A stretch of 64,000 nt of DNA from Moniliella sp. 'wahieum' (taxonomy: Eukaryota). Shown piece by piece: positions 61,590 to 64,000 of this stretch. Both the position numbers and the translations under genes were made by a program. The notes beneath the pieces were generated by a model. The model did not search any database. It worked only from the letters and a program-made list of their open reading frames with translations, and was not told where the DNA came from. The stretch's first letter is position 1. Each line of letters starts with the position of its first letter. The DNA is taken from NCBI GenBank assembly GCA_003971905.1, contig RSEE01000042.1, positions 372,001 through 436,000 on the forward strand. Direction: 5' to 3'.

Positions 61590-64000
61590 TTTTGAAGGAA
61601 GCCCTTTCGGGGACGGTGGGGGGATTGGGTGGGAGTGGGGGGGGGGAGGCTCGCAGCGGGACGAGCGGGAAGGTGGCGGTAGAAAAAGTACTGCGGAAGA
61701 CGAAACGCCGTGGCAAGAAGCAGAGCGGCGCGACCATTCCGACCGAAAAAATCCTCCTGAATTTTCGCGCGCACCATCCCACTCTTCCCCGGTCTGCGGC
61801 TTCATCTGGCACCAGGGCGCTGTTGCCACCTTGTATTTCGTTAGGGTTCCACATGCTCTGATGCCCGTGCACTGCGGCCTATTGCGGCGCTGCGCAATTG
61901 CAATTGGACACTGCCCCCACGTGCTGGGGCCACCGCGCGGTAGCCGGCACCAGGCGGCAATGCGTTTGGACGCTCAGCGTGGATTATGTAAGTGCACACC
62001 AGTCGCCCGAGGGAACACTACTGGAACAGAGCCAGCCTGGCGGCTCACCTATTTCTATCTCTATTTTCATAACGCAGACCCCCTGCTTACCTATTTGTTG
62101 CTTACCTATTTGTTTGCGTTGTTTGCAACCCACCCCGCGCGCTCAGCCATGCACATGGGTGATAAAATTCCTCCAGCGTGGAATGGTGGCTATGGTGGCT
62201 ACGATGACGAGGGAACGGTAGCGAAGGTGGCGAAGGTGGACCGGTGGCTAAGGTGGCGACGGTGCACCAAGCACCAAGCTGGGGCGAAGCCCCAGCTGAC
62301 CGGGCCGTAGGCCCGGTGGTCTTCTAGTTATTTTTAGCTGCCACGTTTCTCTTCCTTCTTCACGCTATACTTGCCCCACTTGCAGTTACTTTGGCGGCGG
62401 GGCCAGTGCTGGAGATGAAAGCATCTGCGTCCCTCCATGCCAGCAACCTCTGTCGATCAACTTCTCATCTGCGTTCACGTACACAACCGCCGCTCCTCCT
62501 GGCGCATCATGAGTACTGGAGTGTGGATGTGGGGTAAATCCACCGCCCACAGTCGACGCTTTTATTATCTGGTAGGGGGGGCGGCCTGTACAGGTCATTG
62601 AGGCTTGGAACTTGAAGCATGAGTGCAAGGGGCTTGAAGTTGACCGTTGGAGCAGCTGAAGCTTGAGGCTTGAAGCTTGAAGGTCAAAGTCCAAGGTCAG
62701 AGAGATGTGAGATGTTAGGCCTTAGGCCTTAGGTCTGATCTGAGGCGCCTGAGGCTTCACCTGAAGTTCAGGCTTTGAAGCTTGAAGCTTGATCAATGTT
62801 ATAGTGATCGATGATCCCTCTGCTGGTGCTGATGCACTGATGCACTGATGCCTGCTGCTTCGAGCTTCAAGCTCTTCAAGCTTCAAGCTTCATCGACTTC
62901 ATGGATCGTCACGCGTCATGCATCATGCACCATGAACTTGCGTAGTCCGTGTATGATTGTGGGGCCGACGGGAGAGGGCTTGTCGCGCTATTATGCACAA
63001 CTTTAACTCTCTGTTGTACGTATATGGTGCTTGGCATGCTGACATGGCGCGCTGACAGCAAAGCGCTGAAACAGCTGGCATATATATCCCAGACCTTGCA
63101 TTTTGGCCAGAGACCCTATATAGGCCCCAGCCCATCCCAGCCGTGGGGGTGGGCTAACTGTCGTGGAGCTTCAACTTGAAGCTTCAAGCATGAAGCTCAT
63201 GAAGCTTGAAGCAGGACCTAGCGTGGTCACTAGGTCACTATATATATTCGTCTCCTTTTAGGAAATTTAGAGCGCCGCGTCTCCACAGCAAAGTGGGCGC
63301 ACATCTTTGCCCCATCCTTTCCAACTCTCGGGAAAAAAGCGTGCACGGCCGCCTCTCCATAAAATACCTCTGAAGAGGTTATCATTTTGTTGCTGGAGAG
63401 GATTAGGCTGCCAACAGCAACAATGTGCGTAAAATATGGTGGGATGCGGATGGTGCTTGATGCTCTCGTATCCAGCTTGTAACCCCCCACACTATACCCC
63501 GGAGGCCGTGACGCGTAATGGCCCCACAAGCCGTTCCGAAAATTGGCGGTCTATATACGCCACAAAAAGGCTAATGTATATGGCCGCCGGCGCCTCAAAA
63601 GCGTACTCATCACCGGCATCGCCAGCAACCCCGCACGCTGTGGGGTGTGTTTGTCAATGCTGTTTGGTGCCGGTGGTAGCAGGATGCGGGGAGGAGGCTG
63701 AGCGTACTACGATCCAGGCACACACATAGGTGTCTTCATTCTGGTTTGCGTTTTGCGTTCTACTGCCGAAGATGCATGATGCTTGATGCATCTGCATCAT
63801 CTCACATTGATATCATCTCATTGTGATCTCATTGATTGCTCTGAGGCTCACTTATGTGGGTCTGCATGATTGCGATGACGGCCCAGATGTGAAGTAGGGT
63901 GCATAAAAGGACGACGACCAGGTCCTTTTTTTCTGCCGTCTCCCTCCCCCCCACCCACACCACTCTTCCTTTGACGTCTTAACCTCCTTTAACTCCTCAA

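Overview
Eukaryotic, GC-rich, intron-poor fungal DNA, most likely basidiomycete; an Ustilaginomycotina-like origin is my inference from gene sequence and intron style. About 17 protein-coding genes are recognisable: an SH3-containing probable Cdc25-type Ras-GEF (runs off the left edge), tricalbin, NECAP, a two-finger C2H2 transcription factor, a divergent alpha-SNAP/SEC17, PHO13-like HAD phosphatase, HIS5, VMA6, a group-III G-alpha, an RSC1/2-like bromo-BAH protein, RPT6, NAP1, a 3-repeat Myb, a SOG2-domain protein lacking LRRs, an FlbA/Sst2-like RGS, SPC1 and EF-2. There are also two tRNAs: Asp-GTC with an intron and Arg-CCT. Nearly every gene, including essential EF-2, is broken by 1-bp indels, so the assembly probably carries uncorrected long-read errors; coordinates are approximate and pseudogene calls are unsafe. 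The most interesting observations are: (1) a complete non-autonomous LTR element (28008-31223, 5-bp TSD) whose primer site is complementary to its own LTR (Tf1-like self-priming) and which holds an internal second copy of its PPT/LTR junction with a compensatory stem change; (2) a recurring intergenic 7-bp-period grammar, T[C/G/T]A plus a variable and often self-complementary 4-mer, in about 15 separate patches; (3) two diverged homologous segments (about 13.4-14.1 kb and 48.7-49.5 kb) encoding a CRE/R2-like restriction-like-endonuclease domain with no reverse transcriptase nearby. No database searches were run; all calls rest on motif recognition.
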